Source: Dictyostelium discoideum
Lineage: Eukaryota
Reading direction: 5' to 3'
Assembly: GCA_000004695.1 (NCBI GenBank)
Contig: CM000152.2
Location: 1,344,001 to 1,408,000, forward strand
DNA length: 64,000 nt
In this document: positions 45,108 through 55,876 of the stretch, piece by piece
How the letters are laid out: each line of letters starts with the position of its first letter
Position numbering within the stretch: the stretch's first letter is position 1
Notes under the pieces: generated by a model
What the model was told of the DNA's origin: nothing
Seen by the model: only the letters and a program-made list of their open reading frames with translations
Database searches by the model: none
Program-made: the position numbers and the translations under genes

Positions 45108-47685
45108 ATGTCAAGTGGTGATAGTAATTTAAAGAGAAGAAGAGGAGGAAATACTGGTCAATCATCAAAATCATATAATACATGGACTGATTATGAAGAA
45201 GATTTAGAAGAATCTGGTGAATTTAATCAATGTATGTTTTATTTTAATTATTTTAATTTTTTATTTTTTTTTTCATAAATTATAAAATAAAATAATAAAA
45301 TAATAAAATAAAATAAAACTATATAAGAAAAAAAATAAATTTTTTTAATAAATTATTAATAAAATTATTATAATAATAATTTTTATTTTTTTATTTTTTT
45401 TTTTAGCAATAAAAAAAACAACAAATACATCAAGTGCAACATTAACATCATCAGAAGAAAAAGGATCACTTTTAGATTATTCAAAGAGGTGTATATTAAA
45501 ACAAGATAATAAATCAAGACCAATTTGGGTTTGTCCAGATGGTCATATATTTTTAGAGACATTTTCAGCAATTTATAAACAAGCATCAGATTTTTTAGTT
45601 GCAATTGCAGAACCAGTTTGTAGACCACAAAATATACATGAATATCAATTAACACCTTATTCATTGTATGCAGCGGTCTCTGTTGGATTAGAAACCAATG
45701 ATATTATTACAGTTTTAGGGAGATTATCAAAATTAGCACTACCAAAAGAGGTTGAACAATTTGTTAGACAATGTACACAAAGTTATGGTAAAGTGAAGTT
45801 AGTATTACAAAAGAATAAATATTTTGTGGAATCTGCATACCCAGAGGTATTGGAATTCCTCTTGAAAGATTCATCAATTGCAACAGCAAGAATAAAACCA
45901 ACATTGGAAGAATCTGTGGTGGATCCAAAAACTGGTTTCATCATTAATAAAGAGGTTGTTACAGGTGCACAGATTTCAGGTGGTTTACAAGCGAATCAAT
46001 CATTGGATCCAGTTTTAAAGAATGATGCACTCTCTAATCTATTGGAGGAGGAGGAAGAGGATACAGTAAATAATTCAGATCAACATTTTCATTCATTTGA
46101 AATTGATCCACAACAAGTGGAAGAAGTGAAAAAACGTTGTATTCAATTGGATTATCCAGTGTTGGAAGAATATGATTTTCGTAATGATACAGTGAATCCA
46201 AATTTAAATATAGATTTAAAGCCAACAACAATGATTCGTCCATATCAAGAGAAATCTTTATCGAAAATGTTTGGTAATGGTCGTGCTCGTTCTGGTATTA
46301 TTGTATTGCCATGTGGTGCTGGTAAATCACTAAGTGGTATTACTGCAGCATGTACAGTGAAAAAGAGTATTCTGGTGTTGTGTACAAGTGCAGTGTCGGT
46401 GGAACAATGGAAATATCAATTTAAACTTTGGAGTAATATAGAGGAGAGACAAATTTCAAAATTCACAAGTGACAATAAGGAAAAGATTAGTAATGTTGCA
46501 GGTGTTACCATTACCACCTATACAATGGTTGCATTTGGTGGTAGACGTTCAGCAGAATCGTTAAAGATTATGAATGAAATTACCAATAGGGAATGGGGTT
46601 TGGTATTATTGGACGAGGTACATGTAGTACCAGCAGCAATGTTTAGAAAGGTTTTAACAGTGACAAAAGCCCATTGTAAATTGGGTTTAACAGCAACATT
46701 GTTACGTGAAGATGAAAAGATTCAAGATTTGAATTTCCTTATTGGTCCAAAACTTTATGAGGCAAATTGGTTGGATTTACAAAAAGCAGGTTTCCTTGCA
46801 AATGTTTCATGTTCAGAAGTTTGGTGTCCAATGACAGCGGAATTTTATAAAGAATATTTAATCAATGATTCTCAAGGAAAGAAGAAACTTCTATATACAA
46901 TGAATCCAAATAAATTCCGTGCTTGTGAATATTTAATTAGATTCCATGAACAAAGAGGTGATAAGATCATTGTTTTCTCTGATAATGTTTATGCACTTCA
47001 AAAGTATGCCAAAGGATTGGGTAGATATTTCATTTATGGACCAACATCAGGCCATGAAAGAATGAGTATTCTCTCGAAATTTCAACATGATCCAACCGTA
47101 AGAACCATTTTCATTTCAAAGGTTGGTGATACCTCTATCGATATTCCAGAGGCAACCGTTATCATTCAAGTTTCATCACATTATGGTTCACGTCGTCAAG
47201 AGGCACAACGTTTAGGTCGTATTCTTCGTCCAAAACCAAAATCTGATGGTCTTTACAATGCTTTCTTTTATTCTTTGGTTTCAAAAGATACTCAAGAAAT
47301 GTATTACAGTACAAAGAGACAACAGTTTTTAATTGATCAAGGTTATAGTTTTAAGGTCATTTCAGAGTTACCTGGTATTGATCAAGAAGTAAACTTAAAA
47401 TATTCTTCAAAACAAGATCAACTCGATCTATTGGCTCAAGTATTGGGTGAAGGTGAAGATAGTGGTAAAAATGAAATTTTAGAAGAAGATTTCGATGATA
47501 TTACTCGTGGTGCAAAGAAATCAAAATCTTCTGCTCCAACAGTTTCAAGAACTACTGGTGGTTCAACTAGAGCATTATCTGGTGGTAATGATATGAACTA
47601 TATGGAATATCAAGCTCCTGCAATTTATAAAAGTATTCCAACTCAACATGCATTATTTAAACAACGTGCTAAAAATAAACAATAA
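45108..47685 (+). CDS. repB: TFIIH/NER DNA helicase XPB (ERCC3/Ssl2), about 800 aa; 2 exons, join(45108..45231,45407..47685)
   Basis: Exon 1 ([41 protein letters not shown], then a T) has a GTATGT donor at 45232. A poly(T)AG acceptor sits at 45405-45406. Exon 2 encodes ...[65 protein letters not shown]..., running into the ORF at 45664..47685 (whose listed M is a TTG). Walker A (VLPCGAGKS), DEVH and motif VI ([11 protein letters not shown]) are present. The protein is colinear with human XPB over its full length. Confidence 0.9.
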
Positions 47686-47720
47686 AAAATAAATCAAAAA
47701 AATAAATCAAAAAAATAAAT

Positions 47721-47758
<38 letters not shown>

Positions 47759-48136
47759 AAAAGAAAAACTAAAAAAAAAAAGAAAAAAAAACTAAAAAAA
47801 AAAAAAAGAAAAAAGGAAATTTCCAAAAAAAAAAATCAATTATTTATTTGTATCTTATTTTTCAATCAATATTTTTTTTTTTTTTTTTTAATAATAAATA
47901 AATAATTATTATTTTTTTTTTATTATTTTTTTTTTAAATTAATATTTGTTTTCTTTTTTTCAATTTTTTTCATTTATTTTTGTTAAAAAAAAAAAAATTA
48001 GTAATAAAAAATAATTTCTAAGAATTATTTAAAAAAAAAAAAACATCAATTTTTTTTTAAACTTTTTTTTTTTTTTTATTAAAAAACACTCGTTTTTGAT
48101 TTTTTTTTTTTTTTTTTTTTTACCTCCCACCAGAAA

Positions 48137-50101
48137 ATGGATAACTCCAAATTATTTTTTAAAGTTTGGAAAAATGTTGTAATAAAACAAAGAATATTTT
48201 ATCATACAAGATTATATAATCTACATAGACTTGAAATATTTATTGATAATATTTCTGAACAAGTTCGACCAATAAAATCTTATCCATTCAAACAATACAT
48301 CCAATCAGTTAGTTTAATGATAGTTAATGATAAATCTCTAGTATTATCAATTATCAATGATTTATTAATTTCAACTGATGGTAATTGTAAATTCTCAATA
48401 TTTTTAGATAATGATGAAAGTGATGATGAAAAGAGTGATGACGAAAATGAAAATGAAAATGAAAATGAAAATGAAAATGAAAATGAAAATGAAAATGAAA
48501 ATGAAAATGAAAATGAAAATGAAAATGAAAATGAAAATGAAAATAAAATATCAAATAATATTATAAAAGTTCCAAGTAATTTTAAAAATTTTGTTTCAAC
48601 TTTTTTAAGTGAAAAAGATTTTCAAGTAGAAATTGATAAAACATTACCTTTGATTAAAATTAATAAATTGGATATTCCAGATTCTATTCAAATTAAACCG
48701 ATTAAAACAAATCTTTTCCCAAATGATATAAATTCAATTTCAATGAGTTTTAATTATGAAAAAGAATTAAAAAATTTACCAAAACAATTAAAACAGTTAT
48801 TCCTTTTCAATAGTTTTTCATTGAATAATGAATCTTTACCAGATGGGTTAGAAAAAATTGAATTTTATGGTGAACAAAAGTTTGAATTTAAAAATGGAAT
48901 TCTACCACAATCAGTTAAACATATTGGCTTTTTTAATGGATTGAAACAATTAATATCAAGTGATTGGTTACCACAAAATCTAGAATCAATCACATTCACA
49001 AAACCTTGTAAGTTAAATGAAAATAGTTTATTACCATTAAAAAATTTAAAATCAATTATATTTGGCCCATCATTTTCAGTCAATGAAGTTTTCGATTTTG
49101 AGAATAGAAAAAGCCTAATTCCAAACTCTGTTACAAATTTATCTATAAAATGTCCATTTGATAATTTATTTCCAAATGTTTTTCCAACTGAATTATTAGT
49201 TTTAAAAACATATCCCAAAGGAGGACCCAGAGCTACTGCCACTGCTAATAATGGTGACAACAACAATAATAATAATAATAATAATAAAAAAGAAATATTA
49301 ACAATTGAAAGTGATGTATTACCTAAAAAATTAATATCATTTACAATGGGACCAAATCAATATTTTAAATCCACAAATTCAATTCCACCAAGTTTAATTA
49401 AAATACATGGTATTAATTCTTTGGAACAATTAAATTTATTACCAAATAGTGTGGTTAATATTTCTTTATCCCGTCAAATACAAAATTTTAAAGCTGGTGA
49501 TATTCCATCACATATTCAAAAATTAAAAATTTTAACAAAAAATGATGGTATATTACAAAAAGGTATATTAAATGATTGTTTATCATTAAAATCTTTAAAC
49601 CTCATTCCAAATATAAAATATATTGAGATTGGAGCATTGCCACCAAAAATAGAGCAATTGGAAATCGGATTTTCTAATGACAAGCAATCACTTTCTTCAC
49701 AACATTCATTACCAGATTCATTGAAAATATTAATTTTAAGAGATGGATCATTTCCAAATAATTTATTTGAAACACCATTTAAAAATTTGGTAGCTTTAAA
49801 AATACATTCACTTTTAACTAAACCATTTCAATTTACTTGCCTTCCTCAATCATTAATGGTTTTAGATATTTCTACTCACAATCCAATTAAATGTAGTGAG
49901 CTTCCAATATCAATCAAATATTTAGTGGCTAGAGGAAATGGAGCACTTTTATTACCACTCCCACCATCTTTAAAATTAATTTTTGTTAATAGTTCTTTTC
50001 TTTATTTAAATAATCAACCAAAAATAGTTGAAACTATATTAAAAACTTTAAATTTTGCTCAAATGACAAAAATATTTGAAAAATTAATAAAATCTCTTTA
50101 A
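48137..50101 (+). CDS. FNIP-repeat-containing protein (Dictyostelium-type FNIP repeats), 654 aa
   Basis: ATG at 48137, single ORF. The protein has repeated LPxSLxxLxFGxxFNxxI-type units (LPDGLEKIEFYGEQKFEFKNGILPQSVKHIGFFNGLKQLISSDWLPQNLESITF...LPKKLISFTMGPNQYFKSTNSIPPSLIKIHGINSLEQ...). A (GAAAAT)17 tract at 48443..48544 encodes (NE)n. Confidence 0.75.
   Translation: MDNSKLFFKVWKNVVIKQRIFYHTRLYNLHRLEIFIDNISEQVRPIKSYPFKQYIQSVSLMIVNDKSLVLSIINDLLISTDGNCKFSIFLDNDESDDEKSDDENENENENENENENENENENENENENENENENENKISNNIIKVPSNFKNFVSTFLSEKDFQVEIDKTLPLIKINKLDIPDSIQIKPIKTNLFPNDINSISMSFNYEKELKNLPKQLKQLFLFNSFSLNNESLPDGLEKIEFYGEQKFEFKNGILPQSVKHIGFFNGLKQLISSDWLPQNLESITFTKPCKLNENSLLPLKNLKSIIFGPSFSVNEVFDFENRKSLIPNSVTNLSIKCPFDNLFPNVFPTELLVLKTYPKGGPRATATANNGDNNNNNNNNNKKEILTIESDVLPKKLISFTMGPNQYFKSTNSIPPSLIKIHGINSLEQLNLLPNSVVNISLSRQIQNFKAGDIPSHIQKLKILTKNDGILQKGILNDCLSLKSLNLIPNIKYIEIGALPPKIEQLEIGFSNDKQSLSSQHSLPDSLKILILRDGSFPNNLFETPFKNLVALKIHSLLTKPFQFTCLPQSLMVLDISTHNPIKCSELPISIKYLVARGNGALLLPLPPSLKLIFVNSSFLYLNNQPKIVETILKTLNFAQMTKIFEKLIKSL
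48443..48544 (+). repeat. (GAAAAT)17 hexanucleotide repeat, coding (NE)n
   Basis: Direct read of the sequence. It lies within the FNIP-repeat gene. The unit and frame are the same as the repeat at 40731..40784. Confidence 0.9.
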
Positions 50102-50182
50102 AATTATGTTAAAAAAATTTGTTTTTTTTTTTTTTATTGATACAAAAAATTTAAGGATAATTTTAAAAAATTTTATTTTATT

Positions 50183-50705
50183 TTATTTTCCATTGTAAAC
50201 TCTTAAGATGTATTTGATTCTGACTTGTTCAATTTTATAGACAATGAATTCATTGTGAGTACATGCTTTTGTTTAGAAAAAAAAAAAAAAAAAAGAAAGG
50301 AAAAGAAAAAAAAAAAAAAAAAGAAAGGAAAGAAAAAAAAAAAAAAAAAAAAAAAGTAAGTAAATTAGAGAATGAAATGATTAAAAAATATTTTAAAAAT
50401 GTAAACTTACAAGTTGAGAGACCAGTCTTTGAAATTTTACCTAATGGTACTACTAAACCATCAGAATCAGAAAGAGGATGATTACCATCTTTGTGAGGAG
50501 CAGCCATACCTAAAGCTTTTGTACTATGGAATGGATGTGGTGCCTCTTCCATATAGGTATCATGTTTCAATTCATTCATGTCACCAAGTGAAACTTCACA
50601 TAATAACATAAGTGCAGTTGGACAATCACTTGATGTGAAACAATAGCTGAATGATTTACTGTAATAAAAATAAAAAAATAAAGGTAAATAATTTGATAAT
50701 AATAA

Positions 50706-50804
<99 letters not shown>

Positions 50805-51481
50805 TAAAAAATAATAATAATAGTAATAATAAATAAATAAATAAATTACACTTACCTAATACAATCAGCAAAATAAATACCTTTACCAAATCTGTAACCA
50901 GTTTTTGGAGCAGATGGTGGAGCAATTCTTAATCCCTGCGAGACAATCGATACGAAATTAGTTAACCTACTACCATGCCATAAGAGTAATCTATTCTTAT
51001 CTTTTGCCCAAGGAGTGAAACGTTCACTTTCATTCTCTCTCTCAAGTGAAAGAATATCTTGAACACAGATATTGGTTCTAAATTGTTTATCTTGACTATT
51101 GGCAACATAATCTACCAAGGTTTTATAAACTACACTATCTTTATCAAGTGGAGTGAGTTTGGTTTTGAGTGTAATATATTGATTTTCAATCATGTTACCC
51201 TCGAGTGATTCAGTTTGCTTCTTAAGATTAGCGGCAATATCAACATCGATAAGAGTTTCAACCAATTGCATCTTGGCTTTAATTAGGTCGACTGTATCAA
51301 TTAATGGTGCAGTTTGATTACCAAAGTTATGAGGGATCAAAGTATAAAATCTAGTTGCACAATCTAAAAGTAAATTACGACTTGGATTAGCTGTGTTTAA
51401 AATGTCTTGAATTTCTGATAAAACCTTTTTAATAATAATAATAATAAAAATAGTTGGTAAATTTAAAATTATATTCAAAAT

Positions 51482-51512
<31 letters not shown>

Positions 51513-53588
51513 CTTACTTTATAACCTTCAATTAATTGTGATTTTTTAATTTTACCTAATGGCATTTTTTCAGTATCAACATTCATAGATTGTAATTGTT
51601 TTTTCATCATTTCAGGATCAAACATTAATTTAACTAAATCTAAAACTCTTTGTGGTAAACCTTCTTTCTTTGGTTCAATTTCTTGAGAGGTTGAAGTTGT
51701 TGTTGTTTCAGATTTCTTTCTCTTTAATACAGTTTCAACCAAGTTTTCTTCTTCCTCTTCATCATTACCATCATCTAAACTAATCATATAGTATTTACGT
51801 GGTAATTTTTTGAATTTATAACGATCTTCCCATTTTTGAGCAGTAAAGTATTCAAAACGCTCAGCAAACTCTGAAAGAGCAGACTCGTAAGAGGAGTAGG
51901 TTGTATCTTTTTGACCACCAATTTGATTGACACCAACACGACCCCATCTTAAATAGACGGTATATCTTTCTTTGCCTCTTTGTTTTAACATTTGAATTTG
52001 GTAGAATCTATTAGAGTTACTTTCAATATCCAAACTATTGAGCATAACATTCATTGCAGTATAGCCATATTTTTCATCATGATGAACATAGATTTCATAG
52101 CCACCATAATTAAAATCGTCATTAACTTTAAGAATGTTTGATCCTGGTTTTGGTTCTTTCTTTGGTACAATGGTTGGTTCTAACTCTCTCTTTTTGGATG
52201 AGGTGGTAGTGGTAGTGGTGGTTTGTCTTTTAACGACTTCAACTGGTTTGAAATATTTTTCAGTGAATAATAAAACATCATCAGCTAATTGAGATGGTGC
52301 AATAATAAATGGTTTTGAAACTAAAGTTTTTCTTAATTCAACACCTTTACCAGTTCTATTACATAAATCTTGAATCCAAGATGGTGGGAAAATTGGAATA
52401 TTATCAATAGCATTTTGAACCTTTTTAGTTTTTTTAGCCTTATTAACTTCCTCTTCACTTGAAATCATTAAAGTTGCATTTAATGGATCTTCAACAACTT
52501 CACCACCATGAGATTGAACTAAAGTTTTAATTTTCGTTGGGGCAATACCTAATACTTTTTCTGCACCAGCAATTGCAACTACCATATTAACACATTCATT
52601 ACCAACTGCTACTTCATCTTCATCTCTATTTGGATCTAAAGAAGATGTATCTTGAGTTTGTGCTTCTCCACTTGCATTTTCTTCAGTTTGTTGTTCCTTA
52701 TCTTGCTCTTGTTCCTCCTCTTCTTCTTCTTCCTCTTCTTCTTCACCAGCATCAGTATATTTTGTAGTTGATTTTGGATAATCTTTTGAATATTTAAAAG
52801 TTGAAAGGAATTTATTTTTTGAAAGATCATCAGGAAATTGAACAGCCCATCTTTCAATTGAATCACCTTTCCAATCACATTTTGTGAAACCTGAAATCCA
52901 ACCTTTACATTGATATTCGATACCATTGAAAAGTATATCGAAATTCTTACAAGTTGGACATCTACCTGGACGACCTTTTAACATCCAATCAGAGAGAGTA
53001 TGAAGTAAATGAACTGGTGATACCTTATCAACATAACCTTTATTATATTGAATGATGTTTTTAATTGCTGGTCCCTTCAAGTTATCGGCAATACTATCTT
53101 TAACTTCCCATAATGCCTTTAAATATTTCTCTCTTTGTACCTCTGATGCTGATTTTGGATCATACTTTTCAGATGAAAAATAAGTTGTTTTAATTGATAA
53201 TTGGTCTTCCCAACGAAGGTATTCCCAGTGAATTAAATCTGTAAATGATGGTACTTGTGGACATTTACATTTTAAATGATGCCATGATACATCCCTAATA
53301 ATAATAAAAAAAAAAATAAAAAAAAAAAAAAAATAAAAAAAAAATAATAATAATAAATAGTTAGTATAAAATAAAATAGGTTTTAAAAATTATCATATAA
53401 TATAAATGAATGATATCATTTGATAATTAAATAATATTAAATACAAACATTCCATCAAAGTGTTTTGATTTTGTTTTATAACCAATACGAACTGCTTCTT
53501 TATTAATACCTCTTTGACAGGTTGAACATGTTGATCTATCACTCTTTGCATATTCAATCTCATAAGGAGATGTATTTTTTGTTGCCAT
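50183..53588 (-). CDS. PARP1-like poly(ADP-ribose) polymerase (zf-PARP, PADR1, BRCT, WGR, regulatory and catalytic domains), about 938 aa; 5 exons, complement join(53449..53588,51518..53294,50856..51424,50411..50658,50183..50265)
   Basis: Exon 1 (MATKNTSPYEIEYAKSDRSTCSTCQRGINKEAVRIGYKTKSKHFDG, then AT of a split codon) has a GTTTGT donor. Exon 2 follows an ATTATTAG acceptor at 53295-53296 and begins (M)DVSWHHLKC. It is a zf-PARP finger; compare human YRVEYAKSGRASCKKC...MFDGKVPHWYHFSCF. Exon 2 also carries PADR1 (KGRPGRCPTCKNFDILFNGIEYQCKGWISGFTKCDW), BRCT and WGR (YEIYVHHDEKYGYTAMNVMLNSLDIESNSNRFYQIQMLKQ...YLRWGRVG). It ends ...IEGYK at a GTAAGT donor at 51517. Exon 3 holds the regulatory domain and the start of the catalytic domain (...LLDCATRFYTLIPHNFG...LLWHGSRLTNFVSIVSQGLRIAPPSAPKTGYRFGKGIYFADCI) and ends at a GTAAGT donor at 50855. 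Exon 4 reads SKSFSYCFTSSDCPTALMLLCEVSLGDMNEL...LVVPLGKISKTGLST and ends at a GTAAGT donor at 50410. Exon 5 reads STCTHNEFIVYKIEQVRIKYILRVYNGK. All phases are consistent. The catalytic motifs H-G-S, Y-F-A and E (in LLCEVSLG) are present. Confidence 0.85.
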
Positions 53589-54093
53589 TTTTCTTTTGCT
53601 ATTAACAATGATTAAAAAAAAAAAAATAAAGAAAAAAAAAAAAAAAATTATTTTTTTTGTTTTTTTTTTTTTCAAATTTCAAAAAAATAAAATAATAATA
53701 AAAAAAAAAAAAGATATTTCTCCGAATTTTAAGATTTCAAAAATTGTCATTATTTAAAGATATTTTTTTTTTTTTTTTTTTCAAGTAAAAAAAACTTTTT
53801 TTTTTTTTTATTTTTAATTATTATTGTTCAAAAACATCTAAAAATTTCTTAATGTACAATAAAAAAAAACTTTTTTTAATTTTTTATTAATTTATTTATA
53901 ATTTAATCATATTTTGGCATTAAATTATTTTACATTTTTTTTTTTTTTTTTTTTAATTATTTTTTATAAAAAAAAGAAACTAACCAACTGAAATGAATTT
54001 CTATAATTATTTGATATTTTTCAATTTTCCTCATCTCTATTGGATCTAATAAATTATTTTGGAAATAATGAATACCATTCTTTGACATAACTT

Positions 54094-54639
54094 TTAAAAT
54101 TGGTAAATCAGTTTCAGTGAACTATTCCTTTGGAATGTTTGATTAAAATATGTTAATTCTATACCCTCTTCTAATAAAATTCTCACTGTACACGAACAGG
54201 TACCATTATATTTCCTAATTCTTAATTCTTTTCCTTTTTGAAATGTATAAATTTTTATTTTATGTGAATTAATTTGAGTGGGAATTAAAATTAAATTAAT
54301 TTCATTCTCAGCTATAGCTAAAAAATTATCATTTGAAACATCTTGAATTTCAATTTTATCATTTATAGATAAATCAATTAAATATTCACCTTTTTCAGTA
54401 TTTTTAATTGGACATTTAAAATAATGATATGATTTACATTTTCTAACAATTCCATATTCTTTTTCACCAATATTCTTTAATATTCTATTATTTCTATATA
54501 ATATATATGGTACTATTAAAAAAATTAATAAAACAAATATAAATAGTATTAAAATGTAAAATAAAAATGGTACTAATAATATCAATATTAATAATATTGA
54601 TAACACAATTATTAATCTAAGTGTTATTCCATTTATCAA
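54094..54639 (-). CDS. Hypothetical membrane-protein gene fragment (TM segment plus conserved-looking C-terminal domain) with an unresolved or disrupted 5' structure
   Basis: The 181-aa ORF has no ATG (the listed M is a TTG) and no internal Met. It encodes a hydrophobic stretch followed by GEKEYGIVRKCKSYHYFKCPIKNTEKGEYLIDLSINDKIEIQDVSNDNFLAIAENEINLILIPTQINSHKIKIYTFQKGKELRIRKYNGTCSCTVRILLEEGIELTYFNQ. Immediately upstream (54640..54760) a different frame encodes an equally coding-like peptide (IGNLPIKAIKSDWFINLEEAKNQCCRKVYDYLIIEPSVAPTLEKEIIDKWNNT*). It ends about 20 nt into the ORF, so the two frames abut without any possible intron. Confidence 0.4.
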   Translation of the reverse strand: MINGITLRLIIVLSILLILILLVPFLFYILILFIFVLLIFLIVPYILYRNNRILKNIGEKEYGIVRKCKSYHYFKCPIKNTEKGEYLIDLSINDKIEIQDVSNDNFLAIAENEINLILIPTQINSHKIKIYTFQKGKELRIRKYNGTCSCTVRILLEEGIELTYFNQTFQRNSSLKLIYQF

Positions 54640-55102
54640 TGATTTCTTTTTCTAGTGTTGGAGCTACACTTGGTTCAATAATTAAATAATCATAAACTTT
54701 TCTACAACATTGATTTTTAGCTTCTTCTAAATTTATAAACCAATCTGATTTTATTGCTTTTATTGGTAAATTTCCAATTTCTAAACTAAATTTACCTTAA
54801 TATTTTTTTTTTCAAAAATTTAAAAAAAATAAATAATTAAGTAAATTTAAACAAAAAAAAAAAAAAAATAATTCAATCATATCATTATCATGTAAAAAAT
54901 TTCTTTCCTTTGATTTATTTTTTCTTCTTTTTCTATTATATTTAAGAATTATTTTAAATAATGAATTTTTCTTTCAATTACAAGATTGTTTAATAGTTTT
55001 TTGAAGTCCATAATTAAAAAATGAGATGTTATATATATAGTAATAGGTTTTTTTTACATTTACCACAATAAATTTGTAATTACAAATTTTAATTTTTTTT
55101 TT

Positions 55103-55144
<42 letters not shown>

Positions 55145-55680
55145 TTACACACAATGCGATAATTCAAAGTCCAAAAAAAAAAAAAATTCAAAAAATAATC
55201 ATATAAATATAAAAATTAAATATAGTTATCAATGTTTAATTTGGAATTTAATAATGGAACCACCAACTGTTATTAACTGTCCTCTGTTCTTTTGAGTGTG
55301 AAAATAAATGAAAATCTTTTTTTGATGTTTTTGGAAATAATGTTGTGATTTTTTTTTTTTTTTTAATTAATTTAAAAACGATATGCAATTCACGAGACAT
55401 TTTAGATATTTTCTGAAAAAAAATATCAACCGAAAATTAATCAATTTTTTTTTTTTTTTTTTTGTTTTTTTTTTGAAAAAAAAAATACACATCTAGATCA
55501 AAATAAAAAAGATTGGTTGCCGAAACTTTTTTTCTTTTTTTTTTAAAACAGATATTTTACACTGAGTTTTTTTTAAAAATTCGAAAAAAAATCAAAATAA
55601 ATCAGTTTTTTTTATTTTTTTCTTTTTTTTTTTATTTATTATTTTTTTTTTTTTTTTTTTTTCAACCATTATTTTTAAAA

Positions 55681-55866
<186 letters not shown>

Positions 55867-55876
55867 TAATAAAATA

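Noticed and set aside
53427-53675. ORF start MKKKKTKKIIFFFF... for the PARP first exon
   Set aside because: The N-terminal 29 codons translate poly-A/T promoter DNA. The conserved zf-PARP begins at the internal ATG at 53588 (MATKNTSPYEIEYAKS), which I take as the start.
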